The translations under genes and the position numbers were made by a program. A DNA stretch of 64,000 nt from Pseudogymnoascus verrucosus (taxonomy: Eukaryota). Positions 1 through 11,281 of the stretch are shown piece by piece. Numbering within the stretch: the stretch's first letter is position 1; each line of letters opens with the position of its first letter. Location: assembly GCA_001662655.1 (NCBI GenBank), contig KV460212.1. One strand, 5' to 3'. Under the pieces are notes generated by a model. That model saw only the letters and a program-made list of their open reading frames with translations. It was not told where the DNA came from and made no database searches.

Positions 1-2281
1 AAACTGTGGTCTCATTCTCGTAAAAGCTCTACTGGATTGCATGCTCGGTACAAGCGATAACAAAGCTGCAACTGAGGCCGGATGGGATGGTCGATCCATC
101 AGGATCTCCTACGACCGATACAAGGGTTTACCAGAGGTTCTCTTGCGTCTCTTGAAAATAGACTCTAGCATCCCAGCCCAGACAAACCTCGTTTTCCCGG
201 CGCTTGAGTTTGCAAGGCGCGTGGGACCCCCGGAAAAAAATAGGGCTCAATTCAGAGAGGACTTTTACAACAGCGTCATCAAGCACCTCAATTGTCCCAT
301 ATGGATCTTTCGAGATCTTGCAGCAAGAACGGCCAGTACGTTCTTGTTGGAAGACAACTGGAAGGCTCCCATAATTGAACTTCTGGAGTCGAAGTCATTT
401 TCAACGAATGGGCTTCATGGTATCTTCTTGCTCATTAGATACTTGATTGAGAAGCGATTGGATTTGGATAAGCCACTGACCAAAGGTATGATAATATCCA
501 GCCACATAAAGCATAGTTCATACTAACGTTGCCAAAGATGATTTAATCGACCTGTTGAAAGCGATGAGCATAAGAATCCTACCATATGGCGCCAATCCTA
601 CTGACAAATTCCTCATCGCTGCGTACGAGGAAGCCATGTTCCCGATATACCAGAGGATATTCAAAGATATGCCAGGGAGCGAGCACCCCGCCTTCCCGTT
701 CTCTAGCATGGAGTGGTTCGATCAAGGCCAAGCTATATTGGACGAGATGGGGATGGCTGTAGTGAAGGAGCTTAACGACCGCCCAGCGGACGAGCGTAAT
801 AGTCTCGCAAACAACACCCAAATCGTTCACTTGCTTTACATAATAAGGATGGAGAAGTCTCTATGTCGCATAACCGATGGGAGTATTTCTTGGGACAATG
901 TCACTGACGATGCTGCGGCTGAGTTGCTGCAGAGGGCCCCCAAAATATTTACCTTTTCCAGCTTAACTCTGGATGAAATCGTCGCCATGGTCCGCTTCTT
1001 CCAACCCTTCGTATTATCTGTCAAACGCTCAGAGAAAGTGAAGAGGCTTGCCCAAACCAACATTGCAGCTCTACTCGGGCAGCACGATTTCTTCTTCTTC
1101 TCGGATGAGCAAATCAACGAGCTTGCAGGTCTCCTCATCAACGACAGTTTCCTCTCTGATGACTACATGCACCTTGCCATCAGAAATGGTGTCGAAATTC
1201 CGATATTCATGGGACCCGGGCTGAGAAACGCGCGACTCATAACAAAAGGTCACGTCCTCCGCTTCCGCGTTCATGCATTTGAACGGCTGGGCGTCCATGA
1301 ATCATTTCCACCTTCTGAACTTGAGCTACGTATAGGGGCTGGGCTCCTGGCTTTCGGCGTAGAAGTCCTCAGCTTCATCCACAGCGGCCACGTACGCTCT
1401 CCTCTTCTCCCGCTCCTTTTTTATCCTCCGCTAACTCTGTCTAGGACTACGATATCCGCATGGCTGGGGCTACGGCGTTTTACAACTTTTACGACACCCA
1501 CGCCGATACTCTATTCATGGCGGCCACAAAGGGAAAGCACCTCACGCCCCTCCTAGCCCTCAACGTCGCCATCCTAGACTCCCTCATCGACGACGACCCC
1601 GACGTCCGCGAACTCGGCGCTGCCACCTTCAGCTCCCTAACCCTCAGCCCCGCCGTCGTCCCCGAAGCCTCCGCACAGTCCTTCTCCCACTGGCTCTACG
1701 ATAACTACTCCGACTCCGAGCCGTTCATCGCTGAAACCCTCCGCCGCATCACAAGCGGCAACGAACTCGGTACCTTCGATGGCCTAGAACCCGCCACGCT
1801 ATCCGACACGGCCCTTGCGCTCGCGAAGGCCATGGTCCCCGACAACGCGCTCTTCGCCGAGGAGGAGCAGAACCTGTATATAGACGAGCTGCGCGAGGCG
1901 CGGCTGTGGTGCGAGGTGTTTGCTCGCGCTGAGGGCAGCCAGTGGGACCGCGTGACGGCCAAGCTGTTGATGTGGGCTGTGAAGTCTATGCTCGCTATAA
2001 TTGCGATTGAGGACCGCGATGGGCCGCTTGGGTGGATGAGCAAGCCGAAGGTGTTTGCAATCTGTGGGCGCGTTGTAGTGGCATCCAGGATGCTGGCGGA
2101 GCGCTTCGGGAGTATGGAGGGTGTCAAGGGGAAGCCGCTGCTGGAGCCGATGGTGGCTGGGCTAATGGCGGCGGGGAGGGACCTACTAGAGAGGGGACGT
2201 ACTAAGTCATTCCACCCGCTGTTGATGGGGGAATTGACTGTGATGGCTATGGCGAAGGGCCCATCGGGGGAGAAGAAGTGA
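1..2281 (+). CDS. TRM732: Trm732/THADA-family HEAT/armadillo protein (tRNA 2'-O-methylation cofactor), 3' part; gene begins before the window
   Basis: Exons <1-485, 538-1391, 1445-2281 join in frame across GT..CTAAC..AG introns at 486-537 and 1392-1444. The translation contains NCGLILVKALLDCMLGT..EAGWDG..ISYDRY, LDSLIDDDPDVRELGA, QNLYIDELREA and DGPLGWMSKPKVF, which I recognise from fungal Trm732 C-termini (from memory, not a search). Confidence 0.75.
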
Positions 2282-3145
2282 TGGGATGGGTACAAGTGCT
2301 GTACAAGCGCCTGCCCGGATAGACCGGTCTATGTCCGTAACGAAAATAAAAGTACTGTAGATGGGTCCGTTTAGATAGATATTTACGCCTATTACAAAAA
2401 TAACATGCTGAATAGTAATCGTAAACTCCGCCGAGTTGCTCCGTGGCTATCTTTGTGGTTGGAAATGTACTCAATGGCGTGCTGATAGCGCAGGATGGTG
2501 ATAACCAACCCTGGGCCGTCTTGCCTTCTGACTGTCAGATATAAGAGCGCCGCCGCACCTCCCCCTCCATCCTTCCCCTCCTTCGCTCTCCCACACATCC
2601 CAAAAGAAACCTTATTTTCACGTCACGGCTACTATTCCCATATAATATAACGTACGGATCTCAATCCCTCCGCATCTCCATCTCAACGTTGACCAAGGCA
2701 CCGACTGACACCTCTCCAGCATGCACGTCCACCAGGCACCACGATGGCACACGTACCCAAGATTACTAAACACACCGACAACGCCTGACTAAATCCTTAC
2801 GCAACCCCTCCACGCACCTCTTCTGCCTTCTACCCCTTTGGAACTCGGACGCTATCCCCCCTCTCAACAGCCGATCCGCTCTTCCTAGCGACACAAAGCG
2901 CGCCAGCTCCGCGTTTTGGGCGCTGGACCCAGGGCTAGTCGGAGCCATGGTTGCGCCGAGGGACCGATGTGGACAGCGATGTGGGGTGCACGAATGAAGG
3001 GGAGGACAGTTTCACAAACGGCCGTTGGTTGCTTATAAACGCTTTGCGACTGCCGCTGGTTCTTTTTTTGTTACGGAGAAAGTAAACAAGTCGAATAATC
3101 ATCAATCAACCTCTCTCCATTACCATACAATCAGATATCGCAGAT

Positions 3146-3938
3146 ATGTCGACTGTCAGCTTCACCCTCTCGCAGGATTACGGGTATGTTGTGCAACCCC
3201 AATTCCCAATTCCGCTCCCAATTGCCCAATCCCGGTCTCCGTTCCCTGCGACCCCGGATTCCACGATGTGGCGCGCGACAACCACATGGCGCAGCGATTG
3301 GAACGCGCCACAACTTGGATGGGCAGGAGAACACAGAACGAGATAAAAATAAGGGGCGGCAGAAAAGCCGAGCAGAGCAGAAGGGACAGGAGAATGGCAG
3401 CGCAGAGAACACCAGCTAACGCGCGTAATCCAGATACGTAATTCTCGCCGCAACATCCACCTTCATCCTTAACACCATCCACGGCTTCAACACTGGCAAA
3501 TTCCGCAAGGCGGCCGCCATCGCCTACCCTGCCCCCTACGCCACCAACGAGGTGGCCAAGGACAACGATGATGGTATGCGCTTCCCCTCCCTTCCTCCAT
3601 CCTCCAGCCCAGAATCCCCAGGACAGCAGAACTAGAAGCTAACCCTCCTCCTAGCATACCGCTTTAACTGCGCCCAACGCGCGCACGCCAACTACACCGA
3701 GAACCACACCTCCGTCCTGGCCACACTCCTGATTGCTGGTGTTCAGTTCCCCCGCGTCGCAGCTGGACTCGGCGCTACCTGGGTTGTGGGGAGGTACCTT
3801 TACATGGCGGGGTACTCGAACTTGGCGTATGGACGTGGAGGAAAGGGACGTTATCGCGGGATGATTGCGTACATTGGCCAGCTTGGGCTTTTGGGGTTGA
3901 CGATTTACAGTGGGCTGGGTATGATTTTGGGGTGGTAG
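3146..3938 (+). CDS. MGST3: MAPEG family microsomal glutathione S-transferase 3-like protein
   Basis: Exons 3146-3183, 3434-3573, 3655-3938; introns 3184-3433 and 3574-3654 (GTATG..CTAAC..YAG). The spliced product MSTVSFTLSQDYGYVILAATSTFIL..RKAAAIAYPAPYA..FNCAQRAHANYTEN.. carries the MGST3 FNCAQRAHxN motif. The ORF track misses this gene. Confidence 0.93.
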
Positions 3939-4198
3939 ATGTAGATACCAGAGTGGGAAGTAGTGTAGGTTAGTGGGAATAAAAGTTGTATTACTCTAGT
4001 GGTTTTGGGCTTGATTTGGGGGGTAATGATTATGTGACACTGTGAATGCATTGGAGAACGTGGATGATGTATGGACATGTCGACATTTCAATTCGTAAAG
4101 CTAGTAATACAGCACCAGCAGAAGCTCAATATATACACCACACCCGCTTTTCCTTTCCACATTAATTCATCCCTCATCCCTCATACCACAATAACACC

Positions 4199-5374
4199 CT
4201 AACAGGTTTCCACCGCCCCCCTTCCCTTCCACCCCCCAACCACAAACCCCCACTCCCCCCTCGTCACGGGCGTAATATCCCCCCAACCCCCCGGCGTAAC
4301 AGGCCCCCTACAATACGGGCCCCTAAAACTCTTCACCGTCGTACTACTCTCCCTCTCCCTCCTCTCCTTCGGCGTCGGCGGCGCCGCCAGTCTGATCGCC
4401 TCTTCTGGCACCCCCGAGATAGGGGGGTGGGACCCCTTATACAGCGCCGCGAACGCGGCATTCACGAGACGCAGCGCAAACGGCGAGACGCGCAGGTGGT
4501 CGTATGCGCGCTGGAGATATGTGTTTGCGACTGGCCGCCCGGACTGTGCGAAGATGAGAGCGCGGAGTTCGCTCAGGGCGCGAGCGAGCGCGAGGGCGAT
4601 GGCGGGGGCGGAGGCGCCGGTGGAGAGGAGGCGGGAGTAGGTTGCTAGAGCGTGCTTGAGGGTGTAGATGCGGTCGAGGGAGACGATGGTGAGGCCTTCG
4701 GAGGAGAAGAGGATGGTGTTTTGGTGGAGGGAGCGGTGGGTGAGGGTTGGTTGGGCGGCGGGGACGGCGAAGCGGAAGGGGAAGCGGAGGGAGGCTTTGT
4801 GGAGGATTTTGGTGAGGGTTGTGGCGGCTTTGGGGGTGGGGGGGATGGCGTGGAGGAGGGTGATGACGGGGTGGGGGGTGCTGGGGATGGTGAGGGGTGT
4901 GAGGGAGCTGGTGGATGTCCCGGTTGAGTTTGAGTGCATGGAGTGTGTTGGGGAGCGTGGTGAGGAGGGTAGCGTGAAGATGCGGGGAGAGAAGAGGGAG
5001 CGCGGTGAGCGTGGTGAGCGAGGGGAGACAGGCGAGGATGGTGATGGCAGAGGCCATGATGGTGTGTCAGAGGAGGTAGAAGAGGCAGAAGATGCCGACG
5101 AGAACGATGAGGCAGATTGAGTCGGTGAGAGACGACTGAAGAATGACGAGGTCGGTGAAGAAGGAGACTCCGGCTCGAGAGGCGGGCTGGGAGAGGCGGG
5201 TAGTGGGGTGTCTTCTCTAACGAGGACTAGGGAGAGGTTGATGTTTTTGCGGATCAAGCGTGAGGAGATGTATTCGAATGCCTCGATGTGTTGTGAAGGG
5301 AGTGCATTTGCCTTGACCTTCGGCGTAGGAGCGACTCCAATGGGGCCAGAGATGCGGGACTTTTGGATAGCCAT
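4199..5374 (-). CDS. Conserved-looking fungal hypothetical protein (Ser/Pro-rich)
   Basis: Single ORF from ATG 5374 (MAIQKSRISGP) with protein-like blocks ALxYISSRL, RSLHQNTILFSSEGLTIVSLDRIYTLK and a C-terminal GPVTPGGWGDITPVTRGEWGF. No function can be assigned. Confidence 0.75.
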   Translation of the reverse strand: MAIQKSRISGPIGVAPTPKVKANALPSQHIEAFEYISSRLIRKNINLSLVLVREDTPLPASPSPPLEPESPSSPTSSFFSRLSPTQSASSFSSASSASSTSSDTPSWPLPSPSSPVSPRSPRSPRSLFSPRIFTLPSSPRSPTHSMHSNSTGTSTSSLTPLTIPSTPHPVITLLHAIPPTPKAATTLTKILHKASLRFPFRFAVPAAQPTLTHRSLHQNTILFSSEGLTIVSLDRIYTLKHALATYSRLLSTGASAPAIALALARALSELRALIFAQSGRPVANTYLQRAYDHLRVSPFALRLVNAAFAALYKGSHPPISGVPEEAIRLAAPPTPKERRERESSTTVKSFRGPYCRGPVTPGGWGDITPVTRGEWGFVVGGWKGRGAVETC

Positions 5375-6883
5375 AGTGACTGTGTGGGTATTTCCTTGTG
5401 GTGGTGGTTCTTTAAGAGCAGGTGTGAAGGAGATAGTAAAAGCTCCGTGGGTGACTTGAGATACAATCCAAACCAAATACCCAAAATGAAGGAAAGTAAT
5501 GAAGCCGCAGACCTAGTGAAAAGTTACGGATGGAGTTCGAAACCAGGAGGCAGGAAGGCGGGATATCTATAAGAACTCGCAAGGCACACTGGCATGGCGC
5601 AGATCATGAAACGAATTCCCCAAGAACCAGGAACAGGGCGATCAAAACAACGACAGAGGTGATCGAAAATAAACAATTAAGCACCGCTGAAACAGGCCGC
5701 CACTTGTGGATGTGAAGAGCAGGCCCAGTAAACATGCAGGTTCTCCACTTCCAACAGGCCGGGGATGCAACTTCACCAACATATCCTCTCTAGTTCGGTA
5801 TGCACAGTACGCCTTCTTTGGACAACCCCGAGACAGACACAGACAGGCACAGTGTGTGTGTGTACTGCACTATGATGAAGGCACCGTATCGTACATCACA
5901 GTACCACGGGTATGCCTGTCATATCTGCCCAGCGCTCTTAAAATGGAAATCACTCACCTCCAGCGACCATAATAGAACAGCACAGTGCTGTAGGAGGGGC
6001 CATAGCAGCGCTTAATTCCCCATATTGCAGCTATTTTAACATCATTATCCCCCCCCGTGATGTTACACTGAGCTTGACCGTTCCTTCCCCGTCTTCTCCG
6101 CCCCCAAGCCCATCACAACATCAAAAATAGAGCGGCCGGCGTCCGTGCACCTCCACAGTCACACGTCCAATCCCAGCGGTCCCAGCTATCCCCCCGCCGG
6201 TCCCAGCCAGTCCGGGACGAGCGGGCGCTTGCAAGCGCTGGGGATTTCGCAGGGGGGAGGTGACAGATCAACGTTTGGTCCACGACTCGTCGACAAGCCA
6301 ATAATGAGACATGAAATCACGGCCGGCCAGTGTTGGATATGCAGGTCTTGTCAACTTGGACGATGATTCCCCTGTGCCGTGCATGTCAGCATATCAATGG
6401 CCTTGGTTGTGGACTGTACGTACTGTAAGAAACCTCAATGTGGTGCCATATTGCCATATCAGGTAGGAAAGGTGACTAGGTGTGGGTGGGGTGTGTTGGA
6501 TGTGAAATACTACTCACCTATCTAGAGTTGCAATGATGTGACGCCCGATAATGCAACTATGGGAAAGTTGCGGCGATCTTGAAGGTACATGTATTTGAGT
6601 TGCAGCAAGTTGGAAACAGAGGCATATCTCCAAGCTGAACAGATGGAGGCAAAAGAGCTTCCAACCCATCGCCCCGAGACATTATCCATATACACACCTC
6701 TATTGCAGAAGGCAAACCATGGAAGTTTACTCTCCAATTCCATAGTCAAGGACAGAGTTGGCTGTTTTATTGCAACACTATTATGGATGATGCTCTGTGA
6801 AGTCGCCTGTTGTACTGGATTGCTGCCTGCTACTGCGCCATCACGCTGGCTACCAGCTCTACAATGAGTACCAGAGGATTTGT

Positions 6884-6922
6884 CAACAGCAGCAGCAACA
6901 ACAACAACAACAACAACAACAC
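6884..6922. repeat. (CAG/CAA)n trinucleotide microsatellite
   Basis: caacagcagcagcaacaacaacaacaacaacaacaac in intergenic DNA. Confidence 0.9.
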
Positions 6923-7099
6923 TTCTTCCATCCTTCATGACTATGCTGTCCTCTCACCGGGCACTCCTACATGGGTTCTTTTCCTTTCGAGTCTTTGGCA
7001 GTAAAAAAACTCACCAATTAACCCTGGACTGGCGTATTTAACTTGCCATAAATCACTCCATAATAGAATATTCTGTGGGCATTCACCACTGCGTACCGC

Positions 7100-8310
7100 T
7101 CTTCTCCAGAGCTCTCTTCTCCACAGCTCTCTCCTTTCAAAGTGATATCTGTCCTATAATTCCCTCATCCTCACCTCTCCCTCCCCGTGAAGACCAGCTC
7201 GTCCATCCTAACTCCAACAAAAAAAAATTATCAAACCCTCTGTCTCGCCCCTGACACCCTCCATCCACCCCTTCGCCTTCCGACCCGGAACCCCGAGTGA
7301 GACCCAGCCCAGACCCAGACCCGACCCCCGAGTGAGACCAGCAATCCCATTCTCCTCGCCCATCTCGAAACACCAACAAACCAACAAAGCTGCGGCCTCA
7401 GCTCCCCCTCCCCGCCGCAACACCTCCCCAAATCCCATACTCAGCATCTAAACAATAAACAAATCCCATAATCTGCCTCGCTCCGCCCATACCCACAATC
7501 CTCCGCCCACAATCCTCCCCACCAGTCTGACACGGGAACTCCACTCCACCCGCCCATCGCTGTGCTGGAACCACCACCACCTACCTCATTGTAGTCCATA
7601 GCCCATATATCAAATCCATGGCAAGCGTACATCTGCAGAAACACACCCGTTAATGCTACCCTCCCCACAACACCCAAATGCTCAAACGGTAAGAGAGTGC
7701 GTAATCGATAATCGGCGATCTAGACGCGGGCCCGGCCCCGCCTTCGTGCTGCGGAAAGTGGGTCATGTGCGAGACAGCGAGAGATTGGGATGGAAATCTT
7801 TGCTCGAGATGGGACTTGTCAGCTTGTGCGGTGCTGAAGATAGGCGGGGGGTATGCGCGCGGGTTGATAGGGATGGGAATGTGGAGTGAGGGGCGGCGAG
7901 GGGGAATGGAGGGGGAATGCATTTGCTGACGCGGTGGCTTGTTGGTTTTGTGAAGGGCGGTTATGGAGGATTTTTGGGGTAAGGGATGGGCGAAGGGATA
8001 GCTGAAGGGTAAAGGGAAACGGGAAAGGGATGGAAAAGGGTGGTGAAAGGGTTACTGTTGTTGTTGGGGGACGAAAAGGGTGTATCCAATGTTGTTGGGA
8101 TGAACAAGTGTTACCCCCCTTTCCCTCATTTCAAACCCCAAAACGCGTCCACGCGCCAAAGACATCAACAAAGGCCCTCCTCCGTGACGCGGTTGGTGCC
8201 ACGTACTGACTCTTCTCGCGTCAAAACCGGGCACAACGGCATCCCCCGTCCTCCCCACCAGGAGCTCCAGCCAGCCAGGCAGCCCGCTCCGACGCAGTTT
8301 CAAGATGTGA
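7100..8310 (+). other. Putative unannotated spliced transcript (micro-ORF gene or lncRNA) with a 23-nt microexon
   Basis: CT-rich start region at about 7100 and an ATG-free stretch to 7617. Two consensus introns, 7689-7955 (GTAAGA..GCTGAC..AAG) and 7979-8261 (GTAAGG..TACTGAC..CAG); in each the acceptor is the first AG after the branch site. Confidence 0.5.
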
Positions 8311-8443
8311 CAGGTGTTATATTTCTACACTATGCGACAATTGTTGGTTTCCGCGCTGTACTCGGTACAGTTCATGTATGACCTCCCAAATCCGTACTCC
8401 CGCCCGTCCAAAACGCCAGATCGCTCGCTACAGTAAACTCAAC

Positions 8444-11016
8444 TCAACTCTCGTGGTATGGTAAGAGGCCCTTCTTGAGCTCGAAGACGATTTCTGCCGC
8501 TTCGTCGGCGGAGCGGGCTTCGAAATCGTAACGTTTGGTCTCTGTGGCGCGGTAGAGGACGACCTATTAATACGAGTTAGCCTTAATCTGATCTACGAAG
8601 CCCCTGTACCCCCTCCCCAAGTAATACCAATACCACATACCTTAAAATTCGTCGGATGTCTCCTCGTAACCTTACACCCAACAACGTTACTAAAATGCAC
8701 GGTCGTCGTCTTCCCCTCCCCCTTCCCCTCAAACAACGTCTTCCCGCTCGGCCCAGGCATGATATGTAAGTACTCGCCATCAATCACGAGCATCCTCTCG
8801 TTCATCCCAACAAACCGCATCGGCTGCCGGCGCCACACAATGTACTTGCGGAAATTCTCCGGGTTCCCCTCCTCATCCTGCTTCATCGCCTCGCGCGCGA
8901 GCGGATGCATTGGCGATCCCGCCATCCCTGTCGGCGCCGCGGCGCCCTTGCGCATCTTCCGTAGTGCCGCACCGGACGGGGCGTCGAAGGAGGCTCTAAG
9001 GGGGGTGCGTGGGGATGTGGAGGCAGGAGAGCCGGACATGGTGAGGGGGCCGTCTGTGGCGAAGCGACGGCGCGAGAGGTCTAGGTCAGTGCGTGCGCCA
9101 ATGGATTCAACGGTTCGGTCGAGAAGGACGACTGTTCCGGAGCCAGAATGCTTGAGAACGTGGTTTGCTTTGTCGAGGTGTCGCTTCTTGCAGACGATGT
9201 CGAGGACTTCGGCGAGGTAGGTGGTGGTCGCTACGTTGAGCGTGACTAACTGTCCCGGAGAGGCGTCGAGGGAGTGGATGTGAATGCGCAGAAGTTTCTG
9301 GGCGCCGCTGGGAGCTGCATTGCCGCGGATGGGGGCGGCAGGCATGTCGGCTAGTGTATTGGAGCGGATGTTGGGCATGGTTGTTATGACAGGATTGCGC
9401 GGCGATGGGGCTGGAGCGGCGGAGGAGACGGACGAAGGGACCTTGGAGACGGGTATGAATTCGTCATCGCCGGTTGAGCCAGGAGATTCCTGCTGGAACT
9501 GTGGAGTGCGCTGTTCGTTCTCTTTGAACTGCTCCTCTGTGGCTTCAACGAGTGCAAATTCGTCGTAAGACGATGACCCAGAACGGGAACGGGCCACCTT
9601 GTTATTCACAGTCGTGAATGCCACGACGGGCTTCGTTCGGTCGAGAGCTGGAAAGTCGTAGTCCACTTCGTCATCTTCGATTAGACGGAGGGTCCAGCGA
9701 TTGACGTTCAGTTGCTTCGCGGCTAGCACGGGCTCTTTCTTCTCCTCAGCATACCTGTTCAAACTCAACCCGATCAGATCAGCTACTGTAACCTGGCGAT
9801 CTCCTCCTTCTCCGCCGTGTATCGTTCGCCGGATAAGCACTTCGTAGAATGTCTCACTTGATGATGCAAATGGTGCCCATATGCGTAGCCTCAACGGATT
9901 CGGGTCACCTCGGCCAGAGTAAGACGCAAACTTCTCAAACGGCATTGCTGCCTTCGTTCGTTTCGCACTTATTGCGGCTGATAAAAGGCTCTTTGGTTGT
10001 ATAAAGCTAATAGGGCGGGGAGGTGGGAGTGCTTGTAGGATTGCCGGCGCTGGCTTTGATTTCTTTAGAGACATCTTTGCCAAACTGCGAGGCAGCGTTC
10101 CAACAGCGTGGTGGTTTAAAGACGTAGATGTGCGACCCTCGACGCTGCCCAAGATGGATTGGGAGTCTACACTGTCTCCAAAGGCCGAAGACATATCCGA
10201 CACATATGAGTAGTCTTCCATCTCATCCTGGGACGTGTCCACACGTCGGCCAGCCTTTGCTGGCACTTTCCCTTGCGCTTGCTGTCTCTTAAAGCCGGAA
10301 TTATCGAACTCGTTCTCAGACGACATCTCGCTGCTCGTGACCGTATCTCGCCGTGCTCTTTCCTTGACGGCTTCAACGGCAGACTGCGATCCACGACGAG
10401 CACCAGGCTGTCGGGGAGGGGACGTCAAATTGGGCGAGCTTTTTGAGTTGGAATTCCGTATCGGAGAAGAGCCAGAGCGTAATCGCACCGGCATCTTCGC
10501 AAACTTGATTTGTTGGGCAGCTCGCTGCTCTTCTTCGTCGCTGTCATCGCTGAGATCACTGCTATCTTCTTCTTCCATCTGTTCACGCCTTCTCCTCCTC
10601 TTTGTAGCGATCCCAGGCCCCATTGTATCTCCAGCGCCTTCGCCAGTAACCATACCGCCTTCTTCAAATTCATCATGGGATGATCCTGGCCGTAAACCAA
10701 ATCTAGGCGCTTTAAAGTATTCGGAGGTTATCGCGGTAGGTATCGGAGGTGAATGTGTTCGCTTCACGTGTGAGGGGTTCTGGCGCCATCCAGCGGCCTT
10801 GAAGCCAGGTGTATTGAGGAATGCATCGTTGAGGGTAATAAGGCGTTCACCAACACCATCTTTAACGGTATTCAGATAATTTGACCGAAGCTGATATGAA
10901 ACAAGGCTGAAGGATTGTTAGTGACAGTGTCCATAAAGGCAAACGGTTCATGAATGCGATGGGACAATGGACATGGCAAAGGCATAGACTTACTCTTCCA
11001 CTTGTATAACAGACAT
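8444..11016 (-). CDS. SIN1: TORC2 subunit Sin1/Avo1 (stress-activated MAP kinase interacting protein)
   Basis: Exons 11016-10994, 10906-8641, 8563-8444; introns 10993-10907 and 8640-8564. N-terminus YQLRSNYLNTVKDGVGERLI..KRTHSPPIP, CRIM region WTLRLIEDDEVDYDFPALDR, and C-terminal PH region KYIVWRRQPMRF..KRYDFEA. Confidence 0.93.
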
Positions 11017-11281
11017 TGTGTCAAGTATATTCTCACTGTAACATTGTTACTTATATAGTAACAAGTTGCGACAGCAGATTCACAGCTTTCTGGACTGGTG
11101 TTTTGAGGGTTTGTCGTCGTCGTCCGCCACGGCAACAAGGCGTGGAGATAGGCACGCAGCCTTATCGCATATGCGGGCTACAAGGGTCATGATTTAGCGT
11201 CCTTTCAACAATAATCGCAGCCTTCCCAAGTGCCACCATTCGAAATCATATTCAACCAACGCCACCTCATTTCACAATAAC

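Noticed and set aside
7962..7976. YGGFL (Leu-enkephalin sequence) in one reading of the 23-nt microexon
   Set aside because: There is no signal peptide or dibasic cleavage site, and a 5-residue match in a hypothetical frame is expected by chance.
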